Assembly: GCA_963811625.1 (NCBI GenBank)
Contig: CAWERS010000001.1
Coordinates: 28,320-92,319 of the forward strand
Source of the DNA: an uncultured bacterium
GTDB lineage: Bacteria; Actinomycetota; Thermoleophilia; Solirubrobacterales; 70-9
DNA: 64,000 nt
Direction of reading: 5' to 3'
Positions 34,573 to 42,892 of the stretch are shown piece after piece (position 1 is the stretch's first letter; every line of letters starts with the position of its first letter). Both the position numbers and the translations under genes were made by a program. The notes below the pieces were generated by a model. The model was given only the letters and a program-made list of their open reading frames with translations, searched no databases and was not told the origin of the DNA.

Positions 34573-35597
34573 GATCGGATCGCATCTCGCTCACGTCGGG
34601 GGCGGCGGTCGCCGCCCTCGGCGCGCTCGTCCTCTTCGACTCGGCAGGGGTGGTCGACCTCTCCCTGTGGGTGATGGCCGTGATCCTGGCCGCCTTCGGC
34701 GTCGCCCTGTTGTGGGGCGGGCGCGCGCGGGCCGAGGCGCCCCCTCCGGGGGCGCCGCGACGGCTCCCCGCTCCGGTCGAGTCCCCGGCCGGTGCGCGGC
34801 GCTCCCGCTTCGCCGAGCTCTACAACGGGGTCTTCGGCGCGCTCCTCGTCCTCGGCGCGGCGCTGCTCTTTCTCTCCTCCAACGACGTGCTGAGCGGCGT
34901 CCGCGACGCGGCGCTCACCACGGTGGTAGTGGTCGTCGCGATCGGGCTTATCCTGGCGCCGTTCCTCTGGCGGCTTGGGCGTAACCTCGCCGCCGAGCGT
35001 GCCGAGCGGATTCGCTCCCAGGAGCGCTCCGAGCTCGCCGCCCACCTCCACGACTCGGTGCTCCAGACGCTGACCCTGATGCAGAAACGCGCCCACGATC
35101 CGCGCGAGGTCGCGGCGCTCGCCCGGCGCCAGGAGCGCGAGCTTCGCGACTGGCTTGCCGCCGAGGGGCAGCGGGGCGGGCCCGATAGCTTCGCCTCGGC
35201 GTTCCGGTCCACCGCCGAGGCGGTCGAGGACGACCATCGCGTGGCGATCGAGGTGGTCACTGTCGGCGACTGCGAACTCGACTCTCGCGGCGACGCGATG
35301 CTCGGCGCCGCCCGCGAGGCGCTCACAAACGCCGCCAAGCACGCCGCCGAGCCGGGCCCGATCCGCGCCTACGCGGAAATCGAGCCGGGCACGATCGAGG
35401 TGTTCGTCCGCGATCGCGGGCCCGGCTTTGACCTCACCGCCGTGCCCGTCGACCGCCGAGGCGTCCGGGAGTCGATTGTGGGCCGGATGGAGCGCGCAGG
35501 CGGCCGGGCCGAGGTCCGCGCGATCCCTGGCGGCGGGACCGAGGTTGCGCTGCGGATCGCCCGGACGGCGAGGACCCGAGAGGATGGCTCTCGATGA
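34557..35597 (+). CDS. Sensor histidine kinase (HisKA_3 type, PspC-associated)
   Basis: Track ORF trimmed to GTG at 34557 (GGAGG 8 nt upstream). TM segments, H-box ELAAHLHDSVLQTL, N-box LTNAAKHA, and DRGPGF...GGT. Confidence 0.85.
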   Translation: MRDGLRSDRISLTSGAAVAALGALVLFDSAGVVDLSLWVMAVILAAFGVALLWGGRARAEAPPPGAPRRLPAPVESPAGARRSRFAELYNGVFGALLVLGAALLFLSSNDVLSGVRDAALTTVVVVVAIGLILAPFLWRLGRNLAAERAERIRSQERSELAAHLHDSVLQTLTLMQKRAHDPREVAALARRQERELRDWLAAEGQRGGPDSFASAFRSTAEAVEDDHRVAIEVVTVGDCELDSRGDAMLGAAREALTNAAKHAAEPGPIRAYAEIEPGTIEVFVRDRGPGFDLTAVPVDRRGVRESIVGRMERAGGRAEVRAIPGGGTEVALRIARTARTREDGSR

Positions 35598-36244
35598 GTG
35601 GCTTCCGACCCAGCGTCGTCATCGTCGACGACCACGCCCTCTTCCGCGCCGGCGTGCGCTCCGAGCTCGAGGAGCTGGTCGACGTCCGCGCCGACGTCGG
35701 GACGGTCGAGGAGGCCGTGGCGGCGATCCTGCGTGAGAAGCCCGACGTGGTTCTGCTCGACGTACACATGCCGGGCGGCGGGGGGGTGGAGGTGATCCGT
35801 AAGGTCGCGGAGGCGCGCCCGACACAGCGATTCCTTGGCCTCTCGGTCTCCGACGCCGCCGAGGATGTGATCGCGCTGATTCGAGCTGGCGCCCGCGGTT
35901 ACGTCACGAAGTCGATCTCCGGCCCCGAACTGGCCCAGGCGATCGAGCGGGTCCGTGGGGGGGACGCGGTCTTCTCGCCGCGACTTGCGGGCTTCGTGCT
36001 CGACGCCTTCCACGGCGAGATCCCGGAGGCCGAGGTCGACCCCGAGCTCGACCAGCTGACGATGCGTGAGCGCGAGGTCCTGCGCCTCATCGCCCGCGGC
36101 TACCTCTACAAGGAGATCGGGCTGGAGCTGGCGATCTCGCCGAAGACGGTTGAAGCTCATGTGAGCGCAGTGCTCAGAAAGCTGCAGCTCTCGAACCGCC
36201 ACGAGCTCGGCCGCTGGGCGGTGGAGCGGCGCTTGGTCGACTGA
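35594..36244 (+). CDS. LuxR/NarL-family response regulator
   Basis: ATGA overlap with the kinase stop. Receiver domain VVIVDDHALFRAG, VVLLDVHMPGGGG. LuxR HTH at the C-terminus. Confidence 0.9.
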   Translation: MSGFRPSVVIVDDHALFRAGVRSELEELVDVRADVGTVEEAVAAILREKPDVVLLDVHMPGGGGVEVIRKVAEARPTQRFLGLSVSDAAEDVIALIRAGARGYVTKSISGPELAQAIERVRGGDAVFSPRLAGFVLDAFHGEIPEAEVDPELDQLTMREREVLRLIARGYLYKEIGLELAISPKTVEAHVSAVLRKLQLSNRHELGRWAVERRLVD

Positions 36245-36305
36245 GCCTGGGGCCTGTGGATCGGACTCCAGCACACCGGCCGACGATGACCCGTACGCCG
36301 AGAGG

Positions 36306-37517
36306 TCAACCCCCTGGCTGGACGCGATCGGCCCGGCGCTCACCCTGAAGCTCGAGCGCGAGCTGGCCGACGACTATGGCAACGATCAACGCGAGAAACA
36401 GCAGGGGCGCGAAGGCCCCGCTCACAGCTGCGAGCGCCAGCGTCAGCACGACGGTCGCGAGGCCTATGCGCGGCCCCTGATCACCTGTCGTGCGGGCCAT
36501 CGCCACTTGCATCCCCGCGCTCCCGAGCAGGTACACCGCCAGCCCGCCGGCAAGCGCCCACCGCACCTCCGCAGAGAGCGTTGGGTCGCCGCTGTGAGCG
36601 ATGACCTGCTCGGCGCCAACGCTTGCTGCGGCAAGGCCGATGACCACGGGGAGGTGGCCGTAGGAGTAGACGTCGCGCGCGTAGGCGGCGGGGTGGCCGC
36701 TCGCCGCTAGACCGCGACTAGCCGACCAGGATCCGAAGTCAAAGTACTCCCACCACACGGCGGCCGCCAATACGAAGCAGCCCACCGCGCTGAGAGTGAT
36801 CGTCACGGTCCACTCGATGTCGGCGAGGCTGAGGCCGACCGCTGCGACGGACTCGCCGAGGACAATGATCACGAACAGCCCGAAGCGCTCGGGGAGGTGT
36901 GAGAGGTGGATCCCTGGGGCGCGCTTCATACGCCCGCTGGCGAGAGCGGGAGTCGCCACCTCGACCGAGAACCCCGCGGCCCACAGAACATAGCGTGCCG
37001 GCTCGGGCACGGCGGCCGAAACCAGCCAAAGCACCACCCCGAGCCCGAAGCCAGCGATGTAGAAGTCGACCAGCTCCCGCGCCGCCGGCTCCCGTCTTCT
37101 CGTCAGGACATAAAGCGCGACTAGACAGGCGCGAAGACCGGCGTAGGAGAGGGCGAATCCAACCGCGGTCTGGCCGGTCAAGGCACCATGGACGTTTGTG
37201 GAGAGCGCCGCGACGGCGAGCATCGCGGCCAGCATCAGCAGCCGGACGAGGTTGTCCTCGCGAGGAAATCGGCTGACGAAGAAGCTGAAGCCGACCCAGC
37301 CCCACCAAAGCGGAAGAAAGACCAGCACGAAATGCAGAAAGCCCGTGGGCGAGAGGTCGTGATCGAGCGCGTCGGCTACCTGGGTCACTGCGAGGACAAA
37401 GACGAGGTCGAAGAAGAGCTCGAGCCAGCTCGCGTGCCGTACCTCCAGCTTGTCGGTGCGTCCCGGGCTCGGTCCTCTTGCTTTCAGCTCCATCGGGGCG
37501 GTTGTTACTCGAAACAC
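36306..37517 (-). CDS. Low temperature requirement protein A (LtrA) family membrane protein
   Basis: 403-aa ORF with signature SWLELFFDLVFVLAV and many TM helices. Confidence 0.75.
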   Translation of the reverse strand: MFRVTTAPMELKARGPSPGRTDKLEVRHASWLELFFDLVFVLAVTQVADALDHDLSPTGFLHFVLVFLPLWWGWVGFSFFVSRFPREDNLVRLLMLAAMLAVAALSTNVHGALTGQTAVGFALSYAGLRACLVALYVLTRRREPAARELVDFYIAGFGLGVVLWLVSAAVPEPARYVLWAAGFSVEVATPALASGRMKRAPGIHLSHLPERFGLFVIIVLGESVAAVGLSLADIEWTVTITLSAVGCFVLAAAVWWEYFDFGSWSASRGLAASGHPAAYARDVYSYGHLPVVIGLAAASVGAEQVIAHSGDPTLSAEVRWALAGGLAVYLLGSAGMQVAMARTTGDQGPRIGLATVVLTLALAAVSGAFAPLLFLALIVAIVVGQLALELQGERRADRVQPGG

Positions 37518-37611
37518 CGCGCCATTGACCAGATGGAGGATCGCCCCCGGGACTGGCCAGAGCGCCGGTGCGCGACAAGCTTGCCGAGCAGACGCGAGGG
37601 GAAGCTTGGCG

Positions 37612-38565
37612 CTAGGGGCGGACGCCCCAGCCCGAGGGATAGTTGCTGAACGTCGTTCCCGTCAGGCGGTGCTGGTGGGAGCCATCGGTGCGCATGACGA
37701 ATGCCTGGTAGTGGGGCCCATTCCGATCGCTCGAGAACGTGATCTTCTTGCCGCTGGGCGAGAACCAGGGCTCGAAGCTGTTCGCCGAAGTGCCAGTCAA
37801 CGCCTCTGCGTGCGTGCCGTCGGCGTGCGCGATGAAGATCCTCGACTTGCCCATGCCGAGCGCACGGTCGAAGACGAGCCGCTTGCCGTTCGGCGAGATG
37901 TCCGCATACTCGTCGTATCCGGCGCTGTGGGTCAGCCGGCGCCTGTGGGTGCCGTCGGTGCGAATCTTGTAGATGTGTCCGTTCCCCCCGGCGAACAGGA
38001 TCTGCTTGCCGCTTGGCGTGAAAACGGGGTCGTATTGGACGAGACCGCTCAGCTTGACGGGATGCTGGTTGGCCCCGTTGGCCTTCATAAGGTAGATCTG
38101 GTCGGTTCCGCTTCGACGGCTTACGAAGGCGATCCTGTTTCCGCTCGGAGACCAGGCCGGGTGAGCGTCATACCCCGGATAGTTGGTGACGTCATGCTGG
38201 TTGGAGCCGTTGGCGTTCATGACGTAGACGTCGGTCTCGTCGTTTCCGACGAACTGCCTGTAGGCGATCTTCTTCGCGTTGGGGGAGGGGGTGGCGTCTT
38301 CGTTGTAGAAGTCGTTGTCGGTCAGCTGGCGCACGCCGCGGCCGCTGGGCTTCATCGAGTAGATCTCGTTCGAGCGCCCGTCGCGATCGCTCGCGAACAG
38401 GATGCGCCCATTCTTGCCCGGAAAGGCTGCCCCCGCTTCCATCCCCGAGGCGAACAGCGCGATCGCCAAGCAGAGCAGGCCGAGCGAAACGCGAACGACC
38501 GCGGGCGCTGGCACCGTTCTTGTCGAGCCTCCCCTCATCGCTGCGTCTCGCGGGTGGACCAGCAA
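37612..38565 (-). CDS. Secreted WD40-like beta-propeller (TolB/PD40 repeat) protein
   Basis: Repeated NG..I.F.S.R.G...IY units (for example GKNGRILFASDRDGRSNEIYSM). N-terminal signal-like helix. The start is probably the internal ATG near 38538. Confidence 0.75.
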   Translation of the reverse strand: MLVHPRDAAMRGGSTRTVPAPAVVRVSLGLLCLAIALFASGMEAGAAFPGKNGRILFASDRDGRSNEIYSMKPSGRGVRQLTDNDFYNEDATPSPNAKKIAYRQFVGNDETDVYVMNANGSNQHDVTNYPGYDAHPAWSPSGNRIAFVSRRSGTDQIYLMKANGANQHPVKLSGLVQYDPVFTPSGKQILFAGGNGHIYKIRTDGTHRRRLTHSAGYDEYADISPNGKRLVFDRALGMGKSRIFIAHADGTHAEALTGTSANSFEPWFSPSGKKITFSSDRNGPHYQAFVMRTDGSHQHRLTGTTFSNYPSGWGVRP

Positions 38566-38677
38566 CTCGATCGGGTGGATGAGGAGTCAAGACGGCGTCA
38601 GCCACCCGTCCAACTACGAAGCGCCAACCGAGGCTACCACGCGCACGGGGTGACCAGTCGCCGCCGAGCCGCGGGCC

Positions 38678-39375
38678 TCAGCCCCCAACCAACACCCGCG
38701 CCGACGTCGGTTGGGGCGAGACGTTCCTGTGGCGGTGGTACATCTCGGCAACCCACCGTCCACCCGGGCGTTGTGCCAGGGGGTCGAGGAACTCAAGCGC
38801 CGAGTCGGGCGGGTCGGCCACCAACGGGTAGGGGAACTCGGGAGGACGGGCCACCGGATACAAGAGGGCGGCCGCCGTCAGGTCGGCGACCGTAAAGTGC
38901 TCCCCGACCAGGTACCCGCTCGGTCCGATCTCGTCCTCCAGTCGCTCGATCGCGGCGACTGTCTTCTTGCGGCTCGCCTCCGCGGGCATCTCGAGCGTGA
39001 AGCATCCGGGAAATGATGCCCCGGACCAGCGTTCGCGCCCACCACGGCTGGCCATCGGCCATGAGGGGAACCAACTTGTCAGGGTGGTCAATCAACTCTT
39101 GGTAGCCCGCCCGGCGGATGTGGGGGCCGAGCTCCTCGTCGAAGAATTCCTCGAGCTCCAGCGCGCGGCGCCCCGTTGAGAGTCAGCACCGGCGTGGTGG
39201 CGCAGTCGTCCGTAAGGGCCTTGGCCTTTCGGGAATGCAGGCCCGGTAGGAGGGAGCGCCGGATATGGGGAATCCGCTTGTAGTCGAGTGCCCACCGCAC
39301 CTTCTCGTTGTAGTGGGAGATCCGGAGCTGCCAAAGGACCGGACGGGTACGGGTGCTGGCTGGCGTTGCGGCCAT
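38678..39375 (-). pseudogene. Glutathione S-transferase, split by two apparent frameshifts
   Basis: Frame 1: VLWQLRISHYNEKVRWALDYK...TTPVLTLNG. Frame 2: RRALELEEFFDEELGPHIRRAGYQELIDHPDKLVPLMADGQPWWARTLVRG. Frame 3: FPGCFTLEMP...GYLVGEHFTVADLTAAALLYP. Total length is 698 nt (3n+2). The switches are at the C4 run 39171-39174 and near the C4 run 39019-39022. Confidence 0.75.
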
Positions 39376-39447
39376 CGGGCCCTTATACCACTGACCGGGT
39401 CGCGCTCATCCGAGTCCCGCGGTACCAGCCTTGGTGGTCGGGGTCTG

Positions 39448-41169
39448 TCAGCGCTCGCCCGCGCGATAGATCGTCACGCCCCCGAAGGTGCCGGTGTAGA
39501 CCGTTCGGTCGGGCCCGACCTCTGTGGCGGCGTAGAAGGAGTTCTCGCAGTAGTTGGGTGCCGCCTCCAGCGCGGGGGCGAGGAACGGCTCGATCAGCGG
39601 ATCCAGGTCGGCTTGCGGGCACCCCTTCGTGGGTGCCTCGGCGAACATCCGGTTCCGTCCGGTGTTGAAATCGAGCGCGCGAACACCGAAGTTCCCCCGC
39701 AACAGGCCGATCCCGTAGAACAGTCCCGCCCGCTGGCTCATCGTTGGGACTCCGTTCGGGATGCTCGCGTTGCTTGTCCACCTCGTCCTGCATTTCCGTT
39801 TCCGCGGGACCCAGTCGATTCGCTCGACGCCGTGAGGGGCGTACCGCGGCTTGCCGCCGTAGAGGGCAGCGAGGGCGTTGCGAAGCGGGCCCGGCACGTT
39901 GCCCCCAATCGGAGCGCCGCGAAGAACGTTGTTGACCATTACCACGGCATTGCCACGCACCAGCACGGACTGCTCTGAGTTCGCGACCGCTGCGTCGGGA
40001 TCGCCGAAGTCGACCCGGTGCTCGCAGGCGAGTCGCGGGTCGTCACCTCCCGCGTGCCCCGCGCCCCCCGGTATGCCGTCGCGGTAGAAGAGGTCGAGGT
40101 GCATCACGTCCTCGCCGTCGGTGATCGCGACCAGCCGGTTTCCCTTTCCGTCCCGGGCAGTCCCCATGAGTGACGGCGTCGAGCCCGACCCCTCGCCGAG
40201 TCGGATGTCGCCACCACCGGCGCCGGTCCGGTATGCGGCGCTCCACGCCGATCCCAGCCGCTGGGAGCGCCGATGCCACTGGATCTTCCGCATCCGCTTC
40301 GAGGTGACGACGTAGATGCCACCCTTCTCGTCCACCGCGATGCTGTTCGATACCTGCTCGAGGTCCGCTGTAGGCACCGACGGCTCCGAGCAATCCTTGC
40401 CATTGATCGAAAGCACGCGCACGTTGTGCGGCGTCATCCACGTTGGCTTGCGGGGCATGACCATGATCATCCCCTGGGCCGTCGCGAGCGCCAGCTTGCC
40501 GTCGTAGGTCATCGTCGCGCCGACGAATGCGTCATCGCTTCGACAGAAGGCGTCATCGGGCACCTGGAACCGCTTCACGAGTCGGATCGGCGAGTTGCGC
40601 CGCTGCTTCGATCCCGGGGCCCCGACCGTGCTGTCAGCGAACACCTCGATGTCGCGCTGGCGCGGGACGATGAAGCGCCCCTCGCGAGTCAGCAGGTTGT
40701 AAGCGCCGCTGATGCTGCCCAGGGAGGGCTCCGGCGGATCCGTCTCTCGCTCGTCCGGGAAGTAGACGTCGATGGCCTTACCGGTGTCGGCGTCGAGCTT
40801 GAATACCCCGCGCCGATCCGGCGAGTTGATCAGCGAGCCCCAGACGGCGCGTCCCCCGTCGTGGTACTTGTTCGAGAAGTCGAGCACGATCGGCGCCCCG
40901 GGGAGCTGGATGTGGCGCGCCGTCACTTTGCGGTCGGGGAGGAGCCCAGCGATTGCACCCGAGCCCTGCGCGTAGCTCGAGCGGTGCGGCGCGCCCCACG
41001 GCGAGGCGGCGAGCGCCGGGTTGCACGGGGGGTCAGACTCGGCCCTCGACGCCTTGCATCCCGCCGCTTGGGCGCCGGGCGCCGCCAGTAGCGCGAGCGC
41101 CGCGAGCGCCGCTGCGAGCCCGCCGGCCACGGTCGGTTTGGATGAGAACTGTTTCTCGTGGTCGATCAT
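39448..41169 (-). CDS. Secreted protein of unknown function
   Basis: Trimmed to ATG at 41169 (GGGAGAG upstream). Signal peptide ...GGLAAALAALALLAAPGAQA. 573 aa, no recognised domain. Confidence 0.7.
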   Translation of the reverse strand: MIDHEKQFSSKPTVAGGLAAALAALALLAAPGAQAAGCKASRAESDPPCNPALAASPWGAPHRSSYAQGSGAIAGLLPDRKVTARHIQLPGAPIVLDFSNKYHDGGRAVWGSLINSPDRRGVFKLDADTGKAIDVYFPDERETDPPEPSLGSISGAYNLLTREGRFIVPRQRDIEVFADSTVGAPGSKQRRNSPIRLVKRFQVPDDAFCRSDDAFVGATMTYDGKLALATAQGMIMVMPRKPTWMTPHNVRVLSINGKDCSEPSVPTADLEQVSNSIAVDEKGGIYVVTSKRMRKIQWHRRSQRLGSAWSAAYRTGAGGGDIRLGEGSGSTPSLMGTARDGKGNRLVAITDGEDVMHLDLFYRDGIPGGAGHAGGDDPRLACEHRVDFGDPDAAVANSEQSVLVRGNAVVMVNNVLRGAPIGGNVPGPLRNALAALYGGKPRYAPHGVERIDWVPRKRKCRTRWTSNASIPNGVPTMSQRAGLFYGIGLLRGNFGVRALDFNTGRNRMFAEAPTKGCPQADLDPLIEPFLAPALEAAPNYCENSFYAATEVGPDRTVYTGTFGGVTIYRAGER

Positions 41170-41218
41170 GACTCTCCCGGGTCTGGCGGGGTCTTGACCC
41201 CGCGGCGGAAGCCTGCCA

Positions 41219-41281
41219 CTATTGACCACGCGGTCAATAGCACTAAGGAACGGTAGCATCTATTGAACGCGCGGTCAATAG
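41219..41281. promoter_or_regulatory. Two copies of a 22-bp palindromic operator (probable TetR binding sites)
   Basis: CTATTGACC-acgc-GGTCAATAG (41219-41240, perfect 9-bp arms) and CTATTGAAC-gcgc-GGTCAATAG (41260-41281, one mismatch). Both lie between the divergent genes starting at 41169 and 41314. Confidence 0.75.
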
Positions 41282-41313
41282 CCGCGGAGCGTTCGCGGAG
41301 AATCCCACAGCCC

Positions 41314-41913
41314 ATGCCGGCGAAAGCACTACAGCGAACCCGCCTCGACCCCGACGAACGCCGCCGGCAGCTGCTCGAGGTTGCGATCGCGAGCTTCGGC
41401 TCGCGCCCCTACGGCGAGGTGACGATTGCAGACATCGCCGATCGGGCCCGTGTGTCGAAGGGCCTCGTCCTCAATTACTTCGACACCAAGCGCCACCTCT
41501 TCCACGAGGTCCTGCGCGTCGCGGCCGCTCGCGCCGATCTGGCAAGTGACCCCGACCCGGCGCTTCCCGCGCCGGAGCGCTTCCGCATCGGGCTTGAGCG
41601 GTTCGTGACGACCGTAGCGGCGAACCCGTACCTGCTGCTGGCGGTCGCCGCCGACCCGGACGTGCGAGCTCCCGTCGAGGCCGCCTACCAGTCGGTTGCG
41701 GACCGGATGATCGAACGGATGGGCGTCGACCCGACACCGCGGCTTCGTCACGCGGTGCTCGGCTGGCTCGAGTTCGTTCGCGCCACGACCGCGAGCTGGG
41801 TCGCCGATCCGGCGCTGACCCGCGAGGAGTTGATTGAGCTGCAGATCGCGACCTTCCGGGCGGCGGCGGGTTCCGCCCTCGGCGCTGACTCCGGTGTTGC
41901 CGCGCTCCCCTGA
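41314..41913 (+). CDS. TetR/AcrR family transcriptional regulator
   Basis: HTH YGEVTIADIADRARVSKGLVLNYFDTKRHLF. ATG at 41314 chosen because the TTG at 41263 lies inside the second operator palindrome. Confidence 0.85.
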   Translation: MPAKALQRTRLDPDERRRQLLEVAIASFGSRPYGEVTIADIADRARVSKGLVLNYFDTKRHLFHEVLRVAAARADLASDPDPALPAPERFRIGLERFVTTVAANPYLLLAVAADPDVRAPVEAAYQSVADRMIERMGVDPTPRLRHAVLGWLEFVRATTASWVADPALTREELIELQIATFRAAAGSALGADSGVAALP

Positions 41914-41933
41914 GGGTTTGGCGCAAAGGTCGC

Positions 41934-42842
41934 TCATGCACGAGCGGTTTGGCCCATGTGTGCAATCGCGTCGGGCACGCCCTGATCGGCGGTGGGAAAG
42001 CGAGGTTCCCAGCCCAGCTCGGACTTGATGCGGGCGTTGGAGCTCTTGGCGGACCGCGTCACTGCGCGGACTGGATCGGTGCCCGCGACGAAGCGCGCCA
42101 GCCAGGCGGGAATGCGCCGCGGGGGACCCTTGCCCAGGGCCGTCGCGGCGAGGGCCACGAAGTCGTAGAACCGGATCGGCTCGTCATCGACGACGTGATA
42201 GAGAGCCCCAGCAGGGGCGCGCTCGGCTGCGTCGGCGCAGGCACGCGCCACGTCCTCGACCCTGACGACGTCCCACCAGTTCTTGCCGGATCCGATCACC
42301 GCGAAACGACCCGGCTGACGGAGGCGATTGACGAACTCCTCGACGAACCAACCGCCGGGGCCGTAGACGTGGCTGGGCCGGATGATCACCTCCTCGAGCG
42401 AAGATTCGCGGAGCAGGCGCTCGCCCTCCTGTTTGGAGCGCCCGTACTCGGTCTCGACCGGCAGCTCCGTCTTCTCATCGAGCAGGGCGCCCTTCGCATC
42501 CCCGGTGACGACGGTCGAGGAGAAGACGACCCGGCGAACGCCGGCGGCTTCGCACGCGGCGATCAACTTCCTGGTGCCGCCGACATTGACCCTCTCGATC
42601 TTCGCCGGGTCTCGCTGCGACGCGATCTCGGCCGCGAGGTGAACGACGCACTCCGGCGATGCAGATTCAACGGCGCTGAGAAGCGATCCGGAGTCCGTGA
42701 GGTCGCCGACGAGCGCGGCTGTGCCCGGCGGTTGAGAGCCTTCCCGGCGAACCAGGGCGTGAACCTCATGGCCGCGCTGAAGCAACTCATCGCAGACCAC
42801 GCAGCCGAGAAAGCCACTGGCGCCCGTGACGAGGAGTCTCAC
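41934..42842 (-). CDS. NAD-dependent epimerase/dehydratase family protein
   Basis: MRLLVTGASGFLG Rossmann N-terminus. 302 aa. Confidence 0.8.
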   Translation of the reverse strand: MRLLVTGASGFLGCVVCDELLQRGHEVHALVRREGSQPPGTAALVGDLTDSGSLLSAVESASPECVVHLAAEIASQRDPAKIERVNVGGTRKLIAACEAAGVRRVVFSSTVVTGDAKGALLDEKTELPVETEYGRSKQEGERLLRESSLEEVIIRPSHVYGPGGWFVEEFVNRLRQPGRFAVIGSGKNWWDVVRVEDVARACADAAERAPAGALYHVVDDEPIRFYDFVALAATALGKGPPRRIPAWLARFVAGTDPVRAVTRSAKSSNARIKSELGWEPRFPTADQGVPDAIAHMGQTARA

Positions 42843-42892
42843 AGGGGCTTATGGGCCACGACGCCTTTCAAGCGCCTCAGTCTAGGGCGAGG

